A stretch of DNA of 60,568 bases, counting the filler, from Globobulimina sp. (taxonomy: Eukaryota), in NCBI GenBank assembly GCA_003354225.1. It is 17 parts of 17 records of this genome, joined end to end, with 100 filler letters (N's around TTAATTAATTAA, not from the genome) between each part and the next. Parts side by side here need not be neighbours in the genome. Positions count along the whole stretch, not along the records: positions 1 to 3,472 come from PIVH01002713.1; positions 3,573 to 7,044 come from PIVH01002714.1; positions 7,145 to 10,616 come from PIVH01002715.1; positions 10,717 to 14,187 come from PIVH01002716.1; 13 more parts are not named here. The stretch is one strand, 5' to 3'. Position numbers and translations under genes: made by a program. Position 1 is the stretch's first letter. Each line of letters begins with the position of its first letter. Under the pieces are notes generated by a model, which saw only the letters and a list, made by a program, of their open reading frames with translations, was not told the DNA's origin and searched no databases. Below, piece by piece: positions 1-10,960 of this stretch.

Positions 1-1054
1 TCCAATGTCTTTATTTGTGATATAATCAGCCATTCCATCACAACCAAACAAACATCCACGATCTGTCTCTGCGACAATAGTCATTGCACATCCCTTACAA
101 TCGCCTTTTTCTTCCTGTACTTCAATATCAATATCAATCTTTATTTTATTCTCCTTAATTTTCAATCTATTTTCAAATTCTTGCATCGCGCCATTAACCA
201 TTTCATATCCGCTATTTTTGTCCATTTTATCTCCCGCAATCACCACAATTCCATATATTTTAATTAATTTCCCTCTATCACTCAAATCAAAACAAGGTAG
301 CACCCCATCAATGGGACGTGTATGTAACTCAATTTCTCCATTTCCTTTCGGAAAAAAGCCTCTCCGTTTTATGTCAACTCCCATTTGTATACCAAACAAC
401 TGCACAGAAGTCATGCAACAAAATTAAATATGGCAAAATCTCAAAGCATAAACGCATGCAAACCTTATTTAGCATTGGAATTAACACTAATTTTACATAA
501 TCGATAGATGGGGAAAAGAATACGTTTGTGCCACCTTTGAGAGTTACTGTTGATTTATTTTGTGAAAACAGTAAACATGGCAATATAGTTTGCATTAATA
601 GTGATATGGGAGCTGCTGTTCGCATATCACATACCATATCAATTTTGTTTTTATTTCTTAAGTTTGGATAAAATTCAACTTTTGTAGATTTCACATGATT
701 GCCAATTAATTGTCCACCAAATATTCTTTGTATCGTAGCTATACCAAATTTATGTTGCGATCGCAAGCCTGAAATTTTTCTGTGCCGTCTGATGTTTTGT
801 ATGGTGATGGCTTTATGTAATAATCCAGATAAACATATGCAATGTCTTACAATTTGACCGCCGCCTTCCATGATGGATCCATCAATGTATGTTATATTCT
901 CATCATTGTTTTTGGTTTCTTCTTGTTCGTCATTATCATTGTTTTTTTGTTGCATTTTGTTGCGTTTGTTTCTATTCTCATGACGCTTCTTTTTGAGTCT
1001 GCGATAACGCCGTTTCTTAGACCTGCTACTGTGGGTATTTTGATAGTTTGGCAT
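1..1054 (-). CDS. RTCA: RNA 3'-terminal phosphate cyclase (RtcA family), one intron, 3'-truncated at window edge
   Basis: IDGSIMEGGGQIVR, GLRSQH and LKGGTNVFFSPSIDY motifs. GT-AG intron 463..400 joins to LFGIQMGVDIKRRGFFPKGNGEIEL. Basic NLS-like N-terminus. Confidence 0.9.
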
Positions 1055-1163
1055 TTAGTGAAAACCGTTAACTTAAAAGTTTTATTAGGTGAAGTTTCAA
1101 ACGAAATCAGTGGAACGTTGCGTGCATTTTTAATTTAACAATAAAAAAAAATAAACAATTTAT

Positions 1164-1700
1164 TTATACTTCGACAGTTTGCTTTGTTGGTGTGTTTGCA
1201 TCTAATTGTTTCTTTTTGTTACAACATCCATTCACAGGAATACAACAACAAACACTATAAATTATCCCTGACAATGCGCTAAGTTGTATTGAATCTCCTA
1301 CGTCATCCATTATTTCTCGTATCGACCACGAATATATTACGCATGTCATCATTGCTGAAACAATTATTAACTTTGCTAATTTCTTTTTAATTGAGAGTAA
1401 AGCAATTAATGCTGCCATGCAATTTATTATCAATGCACCTTTTATATGAACACACAAATTTTCTTTACGTACAATCTTCGCATCATAAACTTCATAAATT
1501 ATCGCAGAAATGGAATACATTTGTGAGATAACTCCGAATAAAACCATTGAAACACGGACATAATAGCAACAAGGCTGTGTTTTAAATGTTTGTGTTTTTA
1601 ATGATTTCATGTCAAAACAAACAAAAAACAAACAATTTGGACATACTTTGGTTGAATTTTTGTTTTGTGTCTCCATTGTATTGAATATTGATAGAACCAA
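1164..1700 (-). CDS. Hypothetical multi-pass membrane protein
   Basis: 178-aa ORF with about 4 hydrophobic segments; no family recognised. Confidence 0.45.
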   Translation of the reverse strand: MVLSIFNTMETQNKNSTKVCPNCLFFVCFDMKSLKTQTFKTQPCCYYVRVSMVLFGVISQMYSISAIIYEVYDAKIVRKENLCVHIKGALIINCMAALIALLSIKKKLAKLIIVSAMMTCVIYSWSIREIMDDVGDSIQLSALSGIIYSVCCCIPVNGCCNKKKQLDANTPTKQTVEV

Positions 1701-1976
1701 TAATGGTATTTTGAGATTGAGCTTAATTGCGGGGAACGTGCAAAATAAAAGTGCGAATTACCGGCAATAATTATTTCCAGCTGTAGACAGTAGACTTCAT
1801 TGTTTTGAGATAATTTAGGAATTTCACTCTTCTTCGTTCTATATTTGCTGTACCTGTGTAGTGCTGTGAGGTTCTAGAACTGTCTGGAAGGCGGTTAGTC
1901 GATTACCAAACCCCATGATAAACAAAAAGATTTATATTTAAGCTTAAAAAAATAAAGTTTTACTACCCTACTCATC

Positions 1977-2519
1977 ATGGGTTGTTTGACAAATTTGATA
2001 TTGGCTGTTGAAGAAAAGATGCGTCAGCCTCGTGTTCGAAATATTTTAGGCGAAACTATAACGAATATATTACGTGCATTTTTGGTTATGCTTACTGGTC
2101 AATTTGGCATTACGATAACATGGATGGAATGGTGTATAATTGTATTTGGTGTAATATATTTTTTTTCACCAATTGATCTCATACCCGATGCTATTCCAAT
2201 TATTGGTTTTTTGGATGATATGTTATTCATTTATGTGATTTATTTGATATTAAAACCGCTGATCAGCGTTGCAATCGCTATTATTAAACACAATGATGAA
2301 CAGAACAACAATGCAGACGCAGATATCGATGATCTTCCATGGGTTCAAAATGATGACGAAGAGTGTGTGGTATGTTTTGGTGAAAATGGACCAAGAAACA
2401 CAGTATTTATCTCATGTGGACATAAACTTTGTAAAAGTGATGCAAAACTTATAATGCATCGCAAAATGTCATGTCCTTTTTGTCGGGCTGCCATTAAGTC
2501 TGCGCAAACAAATGAATAA
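1977..2519 (+). CDS. DUF1232 (YkvA-like) membrane domain plus C-terminal RING finger, putative membrane E3 ligase
   Basis: YFFSPIDLIPDAIPIIGFLDD (DUF1232 signature), then CVVC..CGHKLC..CPFCR. Confidence 0.8.
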   Translation: MGCLTNLILAVEEKMRQPRVRNILGETITNILRAFLVMLTGQFGITITWMEWCIIVFGVIYFFSPIDLIPDAIPIIGFLDDMLFIYVIYLILKPLISVAIAIIKHNDEQNNNADADIDDLPWVQNDDEECVVCFGENGPRNTVFISCGHKLCKSDAKLIMHRKMSCPFCRAAIKSAQTNE

Positions 2520-2822
2520 TACAAGTTCTTTGTTTTCGTTACATCACTTTTTTATTATCAATTAATAAACTAAAGTCAGTGCAAGGATAAATCCGCAAAT
2601 GTGTTGTTTCACTGCAATCGTCAGCAGCAACAATGAAAGTTTGCCAAGGCAGTCCAGCAGAGTCAACCTGCTTAACCCCAAGTTACAGAAAAAAAAATAC
2701 AGAAAATATTCGCCATACACTTTAATCACATTAACAATCAAAATTTACATCATGAAACTTTGAAAAAACTGTTCCACGCTCTTGATTCAACATTGTTGCA
2801 ATTGTCTATTCACTGAGATAAA

Positions 2823-3443
2823 TCATAATATATTACACATTTTTGCTTTTTTCTGTTGTTTCGGTTTAAAATATTGCCTCATTGCAGTTTCAAACACTTT
2901 TGAAACATTTGTTTGGGTCAAGGCAGAAACCTGCACATAGCCATCCGCCCCAATCATCCGTTCAACTTCGATGATTTTATCGCTTGGTATGACACATTCC
3001 AAGTCACATTTTAATCCAATTAAAAGGAACCCTTTATTTGGTGCATGATGCTTGATCTCTGGCTGTGTAGTTTCATCATTTAATTAAAATGCGCAATATC
3101 GCAATATAACATAATGTACAATGCATAGTTACATACAATCCATTTATCAGAGACATGATCAAAGGAATCCTGTGAGTTGACAGCAAAGCAAATCAGAAAA
3201 TAGTTAGCATCTCTATATGATAAAGGTCTGATTCTATCAAATTCTTCTTGGCCTACATATGTGTTATAATATGTGCAAGGATACATTTATATATTTGTAT
3301 ATTATGTATATATTTATGTATATGTATATGTGTCAGACCTGCAGTGTCCCAGAGGTCGAGTCGTATTTTCTTTCTATGTGCTTTCGGTTCATTAAATTGA
3401 ATCTCTTTTTCTTCAGAATAATTATCAAATACAGTTGGGATAT
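2823..3443 (-). CDS. Rho/Rac-family small GTPase, spliced, 5'-truncated
   Basis: IPTVFDNY, LDLWDTAG|QEEFDRIRPLSY, KWI|PEIKHH, LIGLKCDL, VSALTQ and C-terminal CaaX (MCNIL*). Introns 3338..3253 and 3136..3063. Confidence 0.95.
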
Positions 3444-3472
3444 CTGTTGTTTTTTATATCCATATTGATGTA

Positions 3473-3572
3473 NNNNNNNNNNNNNNNNNNNNNNNNNNNN
3501 NNNNNNNNNNNNNNNNTTAATTAATTAANNNNNNNNNNNNNNNNNNNNNNNNNNNNNNNNNNNNNNNNNNNN
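3473..3572. other. Artificial contig-joining spacer (first of 16)
   Basis: 44 N + TTAATTAATTAA (stops in all six frames) + 44 N. Identical spacers start at 7045, 10617, 14188, 17759, 21329, 24899, 28468, 32037, 35605, 39172, 42739, 46306, 49872, 53438 and 57004. Contig lengths fall monotonically from 3472 to 3465. Confidence 0.99.
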
Positions 3573-6500
3573 CAGTTAGCGAATAAGGCATTTTTCAAAG
3601 AATTAAATGAAACTTTACAACCGGCGTTTGATGATATTGAGGTGCTGCACGAAGGAGGAAAGCAATTCTTATCTCACGTAAAATTGATAATGGCCAAATT
3701 GCACATCGGAGATTGGAGCGCAATGAGTGGCGAACAAGCAAAGATCCGCGCAACTGAAATCCGGACAAATTTACAAAATGCAGTGGAAGCCGGAGCCATT
3801 ATACAGCCAAAAAACACGGAATACGGCGTTACATTCGAGGTCGACGATGATCAGAATTTATTATTATTGGATGGCAACAAAGTGATTCGAGTGAATCTCC
3901 AAAACGAAGTGCTTAATAAAATTAAAAAATATAAAGAAGTCATCGACGAATATTCCGAAATCGATGCCAAAATCGAAGAGAAAGTCATTCGAATTGTAGC
4001 CAAATTGAACGATGCGGGCTTGATGTTGGGCAAAAATGAGTCGTTGCAATTTTTATGGGAACAATTTAACATAAAAATAAAGCGAAGACATGACAATTTC
4101 AAGCAAATGGCGAATTTGTATCAATTATTTTTAGATATTATCTTAATTCGAAGAAAAGTGCGCGTGAATAGGTACATTACTGACAATACCAAGAAATTTG
4201 AAGATAAGAATGAAGTCGATTCCTTAGTTCAAGCGTCAGAGAGCCGTTTGAATGTAATTCGAGATTGCATGAAATTGTGTGGCGCCAAATGTAATGAATG
4301 CTTTTATTTGTGTTTGCTGTCCAAAAATCACGAAGATTTCGAGGATGAGCCCGACGATCATTCATGTAATCAAAGCCAACATCTATGCACAGAAAGCTGT
4401 ACATACTGCCATGACGACGGTAAGCAGCTAATTTGTGGTGACAGATGCGGCCATTCTGGAAAACATAACTGTCGCAAAGAAAATCATACCTGCGGATTGG
4501 AGTGCGGCTTATCGCAGTATGGCGGATGTCAAATAAAATGCAATCTGGCGTCTGGCCATAACCAATCTCAAACGCCATGCCAATGTGCCGCAGAAACGCA
4601 TTATTGTCCACAGAAATGCGCTATAAAAATGTGCAAAAACACGTGTCAAATAGCGTATAATACGACGCATGACACTCATATTTGTATCCAGTCGTACTGT
4701 CCGTATAAATGCCAAGTGCAGACATACAACGACTCGATCGGCGCCATCACCGATTGCGGCCGACCGTGTTCCTGCGACGACCACGAACATGAGCTGAAAA
4801 TGCAAAAAGGTGAATGCAAAGATGAGGGGCATTCATGTAACCGGGAACATCGATGCCCGCATTCCTGTAACGAGCAGGGAAACTGCATTGTGTCCATCCA
4901 GCGCAAAATCGTCGAGAAGCAAGTATTTTTATCCGGCGCCGGCAGCAAAATCGAATATGATTCTTTTGCCGAAGTGAATGGCGGAAAACGGAGATGTTGT
5001 AAGAAAATCCCAGTTGGTACGTTTTCGCATGTTGGGGATTTGCATAAATGTTTTTCGAAAGCAGCGTCAGAGAATATCCATACTTGCGACGTTTCGTGTG
5101 ATTCGTGCGGATATTTCTGTCAATTAAAGTATGGACATTATGAAGAATCCGGCACATTCCATGACTGCGTACATGGCAATATGCGGAATACACGGTTTTA
5201 TTCCTCCAAAGACACAGTGGATACTGGCGATGGTAGGACCTATAAAGTTGGCGATGTGGGCGTTGCCGAGATGTGTAATATATTTTGTCAACGACAGGGC
5301 CGCGGACACGTTCATTTGGAATATTGTCAGTATAATTTGCTGGGAAAACAGTGTTTCAATCAAGAAGGGCGAAGACACCAAACACAGCCTTACAAACCAG
5401 ACGAAGAAAAGGAAAAAGATGAGGTCAAACATAGCAAGTTTTGGAGGCGAAAGAAGTGGAAAGATCCGTGTTTGGATAAATTCAAAGCAGAGTTCGAATT
5501 ATGTCCATTTGTCTGCCAACATATATCGCATAAAGAGAAGAAAGAAGAGGAAAAGCAGGAAGTTGACGGTTATGAAGACGATGAAGAGAAGCTATTAAAA
5601 TGTTGTACGGGCAAATTATGGCATAAACCGGCTATGGACCACGGCGGACATATGTTTCGCTGCAAACATCCATTCAGCAATGCACACGTTGTATTTATTT
5701 GCGATGTGAACGATTCGATGCGGAATAATGATAACAGTCATTCCGTGCCAACACTATCCTTTATTACCAACAACAACCACAAAAACACCGCATTAAATAA
5801 CCGATTGGGTTCCTTATACGAAAGCATTTACAAATTCATTAAATGTCGAATTGAGTTAAAATGCCGCGATAAATGCTCCGCGGTGATATTTTCCGAAAAA
5901 AGTACCATTGCCGCCGACCATATTGAAATCAATCTCGATTTTGTGAAAAATTATTTATTAAAATATAAGCCCGGCCACTTCAACGAAAACAAAGCCAAAG
6001 CATTGCAAAATTTGATACCGAGGTTGCAAAGTACGGGCAGTGTCGGTGCGGCCAAAAGTAATCCCGAACTGAGTGTGGTTGTCACACCGCCGTCGAAGGT
6101 TGATTTTGGTTCGCGAGCAAAAAGCGACCCGGTCACTAGTATGCCGTCAAAAGTGGGCTTTGTGCCACCAAAAAAGGTGACGGATTTGCCCAAAATGGTG
6201 GTGGGGCAACGGGTGAAATTACCCAATGGCAAGACTGGCATTGTTCGCTATGTTGGGACGCCAACGGCTGCCAAGGAGGAATTAGTTGGATTTGAACTGG
6301 ACACAGCTTCTGTCAATGCGGGTGACGGCAGTATCCGCGGTGAGAAAATATTTGCCAGCCGCAAAGGAAGGGGGTACTTTGTCAAACTCTCAGCTCTTTC
6401 AAACCTGATCAGAGGCCGAATCATGGTCGGCGGCTATGCGAAATTGACAAATTTGCTCCGTGTGTCGCAGTTTAATGGCAAGACTGTGCAGATTGTAGCT

Positions 6501-7044
6501 TATGTGGAGAAAAAAGCGCGATGGAAAGTGAAGCTGATCAGTGGCCAAAAACATTTAGGTGTGAAAAAAGATAATTTGATACCAATATTAGATTGGGAAC
6601 CAATGCAGAATGGAACTGTGAATGTGAAGCGTTTGAAGGTTGCGCCGAAAATCGGTGATCGAGTCAAGACCGCTGACGGTAAGTATGGCGTTGTTAAATA
6701 TGTTGGAACTTTAAAGATTAAGTCTGAAGCAAAGAATATTAAATATATTGGATTGGAGCTAGAGGATTGGGATCCAAATGGACATAATGGAAAGTTTAAG
6801 AAAAAGCAATATTTTAAAGTAAGCAGTAAAGGAAGTGGGTATTTTGTGACTTTGAAGGATTTAACAGAAAATTTAGGCTCTGGTCAGTCTGTACATGTCG
6901 GGACAAGCAAAGACAATGTTGCTTTGGGCAAAACAATAAAGCTTAAAAATGGCTATGTTGGCACTGTTAAATATTTTGGACCGACCCATTTCAGCGAAGA
7001 GCAGGAAATGTTTGGTATTGCACTCAATGAATGGTCGGCAAATG
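3573..7044 (+). CDS. Large partial protein: Cys/His-rich zinc-finger-like repeats, partial vWA-like segment, tandem CAP-Gly domains
   Basis: Dense C/H repeats at about 4270-5670, VVFICDVNDSM vWA-like strand, three CAP-Gly motifs (GIVRYVG..VGFELD..GDGS; GVVKYVG..IGLELE..NG; GTVKYFG..FGIAL). The ORF runs off the contig. Confidence 0.7.
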
Positions 7045-7144
7045 NNNNNNNNNNNNNNNNNNNNNNNNNNNNNNNNNNNNNNNNNNNNTTAATTAATTAA
7101 NNNNNNNNNNNNNNNNNNNNNNNNNNNNNNNNNNNNNNNNNNNN

Positions 7145-8002
7145 CAAGCGAAACTTCCAGTAAACCTACAAACTTTTAGTGCCTATTTAAATGTTTACAT
7201 TCTCAATGGAGTTATGAAAGCAGTTGAAAACGTGTTACAGATTATGGATAAATACGGAGTTGAACAGAACATTATTATTGCAACTGATATAATGAGAGGT
7301 TATATTTCAGCAAGAAATCCAAGTGAAGCGTTGGCTTATTTTGCAACATATATAAAGGAGGGGAAACAACCAAAAGCACCGACGTTGTATATTAAATGTG
7401 TTGCTTTAATGCGTATCATCACAAATCATGAGCAAAATTTTGAGCAAAAATATGAATTATATGTCGAATTGGAAGATACAATATATCGACAATTACCTCA
7501 TTATAGGATTGAGATCAATTCGCTTTTTGTAGAAGTGCAATTGTCAGCGGCTATTGCATTGTATCATAATGTCGATCCAATGCGTATTGTTGTTATATTC
7601 GAATCATTGGTTGGTGCGGGATATATTGGTTTGAGAGGAAAAACGCAGAAAGAGATTGATTTGCATTTGTATGGAATATTATGTACACAATTTATTTTGA
7701 GATATATAATTGGATTTAAATTAAATGATTTTTTGTTGGAGCATAATGAGTTACATCTGGTTGTTGGCTCAGCAAAGCATGGAACTGGCAAAATAAGGCA
7801 ATTTGTAGTACATGAACTTTCCTCATATGATCCACCAATTCCATGCGAGCCACATAAATTGGATAAAGCAGTTTTGGTGGTGAAAAAAGAGCATTTACAT
7901 CACTATCTGCAGAACAAAGTAAACAATGTGACCCAAAAATTGCAAAGTCCATCGAACGACTGGATTTTAGCAGATACTAAAAATTTGAAATTCAACGTTT
8001 GA
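7145..8002 (+). CDS. PPR-like repeat protein with C-terminal Smr-like domain, 5'-truncated
   Basis: Helical repeats resembling PPR (IATDIMRGYISARNPSEALAYF), then IDLH...LHLVVGSAKHG, an Smr-like pattern. Confidence 0.6.
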   Translation, partial: QAKLPVNLQTFSAYLNVYILNGVMKAVENVLQIMDKYGVEQNIIIATDIMRGYISARNPSEALAYFATYIKEGKQPKAPTLYIKCVALMRIITNHEQNFEQKYELYVELEDTIYRQLPHYRIEINSLFVEVQLSAAIALYHNVDPMRIVVIFESLVGAGYIGLRGKTQKEIDLHLYGILCTQFILRYIIGFKLNDFLLEHNELHLVVGSAKHGTGKIRQFVVHELSSYDPPIPCEPHKLDKAVLVVKKEHLHHYLQNKVNNVTQKLQSPSNDWILADTKNLKFNV

Positions 8003-8146
8003 TAACATGTACAATATCGATATGCGTTTCTGTAGTGCAAGGATAATATAATTATATACACATTTTACACAAACTGAGCAACACAATTAACAGCAACACA
8101 AAAAAAAAATACAAAACAATTTAATACAGTACAGGTTAGCCGTTAG

Positions 8147-8857
8147 CTAATATTTGACCAAATGCTTGATTTTGTCATATCGATTTGGTGTGGGGTATGA
8201 AATATAGATTGGATAATTAGAATCCAATAATCGATGATGTGCCCTATGATGATTGCTAATATTCTCGTCATGTGTGGCGGCATACCATGTTTGCTGAATA
8301 GTGCCAATTACCATAAATGTAAACACATCGCCAGATATGAAATACCATAAGAAATTAAGCGTTGCGGGACCAAAAAACTCAATCAATAAATCCAAAGGAT
8401 GGAAAAATACATTTGTTGATAGCGATGTGTAAATACAACAATGATGTAACAAATGAATGCGACTGCCATACTTTGTCACATGTAATATTTTATGCGCAAC
8501 ATAGAATAAATAGTCTCCGCATAACACAACAACAATCACAGGCAATATCAATGCTAAATCAATATGAAGTTCCAATGGCTCCTCAGCTAACATTACCTTA
8601 TATGTGTATATTCCAACAGCATTATAATAAATACTATTCACCACAACACATGTCCAGATTTCAGTGGATGATAAACCGCTCGATTTCATAATTTCGAGAT
8701 TCTTCCAGGGCCTGTCTGAGATAACGAAGTCTGTCCATGTTATAATCTGTCCAATTGGAAGGAACAGCCACCAATAATCCCAAGCATACAATAAATACGG
8801 TGTTATTAGTGACACTGTCAACGCAATTATTGTATACGACCACTTTACAAAAGACAT
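8147..8857 (-). CDS. Fatty acid hydroxylase / sterol desaturase superfamily protein
   Basis: His boxes DYLFYVAHKILH, HLLHH, HPLD and HHRAHH, with TM segments. Confidence 0.88.
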   Translation of the reverse strand: MSFVKWSYTIIALTVSLITPYLLYAWDYWWLFLPIGQIITWTDFVISDRPWKNLEIMKSSGLSSTEIWTCVVVNSIYYNAVGIYTYKVMLAEEPLELHIDLALILPVIVVVLCGDYLFYVAHKILHVTKYGSRIHLLHHCCIYTSLSTNVFFHPLDLLIEFFGPATLNFLWYFISGDVFTFMVIGTIQQTWYAATHDENISNHHRAHHRLLDSNYPIYISYPTPNRYDKIKHLVKY

Positions 8858-8860
8858 GAT

Positions 8861-10219
8861 GTGTGCTACCTGATGGCTAAGAGTACTTACAGTAAAACTT
8901 TGTCAACAATGATGACGAAATCAAGAGTGCATGCAATGTTTTTACGATTGTTTGCATCGCCAATCATGCAAACACTGTACAGAACAGATCGGTATTCCAA
9001 TGAATTGATTGACCTGAACAATATGCAAAACAATGAACTGCAACAATCATTAATATTCATTGAAAAGTTAATACAGAACAAAGCCATTGAAACATACAAA
9101 GCATTATCAACCTATTACGACATTGAAAACGCATCATTGTTGCATAAAGATTTAATAATTGAGATCTTAGAATGGTCGTATGATACAGATAAATATTTAG
9201 GTAACGAACTATTAGATACGAAGCATTTTTCTGCGCCAATTTTTGATGTATTGTCACATGCATTTATTTCATTTGTGATCGAGCCAATCCATATTATAAA
9301 TGTATGGATATTGATCATATTGTACGTGCTTCCGCGTTTTCTGTCGCTATGTCTCTTAATAATCGACAAAAAACATAGAAACTATGCAAATAATTGGGAT
9401 TGTTCCGTTTATGATTATATTGTTGCTGAAACCATGCAAATACAATATTTTCTCACATTGATACATTTATTGTTGTGTCAAACTATATTCTTCATCAATG
9501 CATTGATGCCGTTACGTTCTTTTGTGCGATGGCGAAGATATTATATAATATATTTGAATCATTATGAGAGTGATGTGTACAATGACAATAGTTTTGAATT
9601 GGATGATTATGAAGCAATGAAATTGCTGCTTTTTCCATATCAGAAATTAACACTACATGGCAAGATTAGTAACATTAATATCTGTGATATTAACATGGAT
9701 GATAATGTTAATGGGTTTACATGGACAGAGTTTGCAGTGTCATATACTTTGTATGTATTTAATTTATACATTTATCATATTTGGTCAGTTATGTACAACG
9801 AAAACAGTTTATTAATGCGTAAGATATCTTATTATGAATGTGTGGTTTTTATAATATATATATTGCCGTTAATATTTGTTCTATTTATATTGGATAATAC
9901 ATATATTAAAATTAAACAAAGAATGGATATGTTAAAATTGACTGTTTTAGTTATAGGCGCATGCGCCGCTGGGATCATATTAGCATGTTTTCGGATCTTT
10001 GGATATGTTTATATTTATATGTTGTTTGACTTTGTATCATATTTATTTAATTTTATTCACATTATGTCATGTACAGTCATTGGATATATCTCTGTTGAGT
10101 GGACCATCCGACACGTTTACACATCTATATTTTTTTTAAAGTCATCAATCAAACAGAATATGTTAATTTTATCAAATACCGTTGCTATAACTATCTGGAT
10201 ACTGTTTACCAAGGGATAA
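8861..10219 (+). CDS. Hypothetical multi-pass membrane protein (start uncertain)
   Basis: 452-aa ORF with many hydrophobic helices; no family recognised. Confidence 0.55.
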   Translation: MCYLMAKSTYSKTLSTMMTKSRVHAMFLRLFASPIMQTLYRTDRYSNELIDLNNMQNNELQQSLIFIEKLIQNKAIETYKALSTYYDIENASLLHKDLIIEILEWSYDTDKYLGNELLDTKHFSAPIFDVLSHAFISFVIEPIHIINVWILIILYVLPRFLSLCLLIIDKKHRNYANNWDCSVYDYIVAETMQIQYFLTLIHLLLCQTIFFINALMPLRSFVRWRRYYIIYLNHYESDVYNDNSFELDDYEAMKLLLFPYQKLTLHGKISNINICDINMDDNVNGFTWTEFAVSYTLYVFNLYIYHIWSVMYNENSLLMRKISYYECVVFIIYILPLIFVLFILDNTYIKIKQRMDMLKLTVLVIGACAAGIILACFRIFGYVYIYMLFDFVSYLFNFIHIMSCTVIGYISVEWTIRHVYTSIFFLKSSIKQNMLILSNTVAITIWILFTKG

Positions 10220-10960
10220 TGATTAAATATTAATAGTTTTAAGAGTGTATATCGTTAATTAATTAAATTCAATATCAGTTTCAGTCCCTCATAGGCTAGC
10301 TTGGATCTTACATAAATCTTTTTGTTTGCTGACTCGGTAATGTACGTCAACTTGAACAGAAATATTTATTTAAACGGTTTTCCGTAACAGCCAATTCATG
10401 GTACACTCACTTATGGTCATATATTTAATAATGGGTGACACCAATATACATAGGTAAAAAACAGATATTAACGGTTAGATATGTATGATATTATTATTTA
10501 AGAAAAATAAATTAATAAAATGGAGTACATAAAACAAGATTGTTTATTGAAATGGTAAATTAAAGCAGTAAAAAGTCTGAGAGCGGTGATGATGATGTCA
10601 GCTACACCAAAATGATNNNNNNNNNNNNNNNNNNNNNNNNNNNNNNNNNNNNNNNNNNNNTTAATTAATTAANNNNNNNNNNNNNNNNNNNNNNNNNNNN
10701 NNNNNNNNNNNNNNNNAATAATATCATCAATGCTTTTATAGGCACCAATTATTTGTTTGATTGATTTGTGTGATAGCTTTATTTGTCGCAGAAATGGCTC
10801 AAAATCAATGCTTAGTTGCTGCTGATCCTCGTTTTCACCATATTTGTCTTGCTGCGTTTTAATGAGACTGAATTTACCGTTTCCTTCCATGATATACGAT
10901 GAGAGTGTGCCTTAAATTGAAAACTTTAACAGTCACTTCGGAAACAAAAAACGTATCGCC

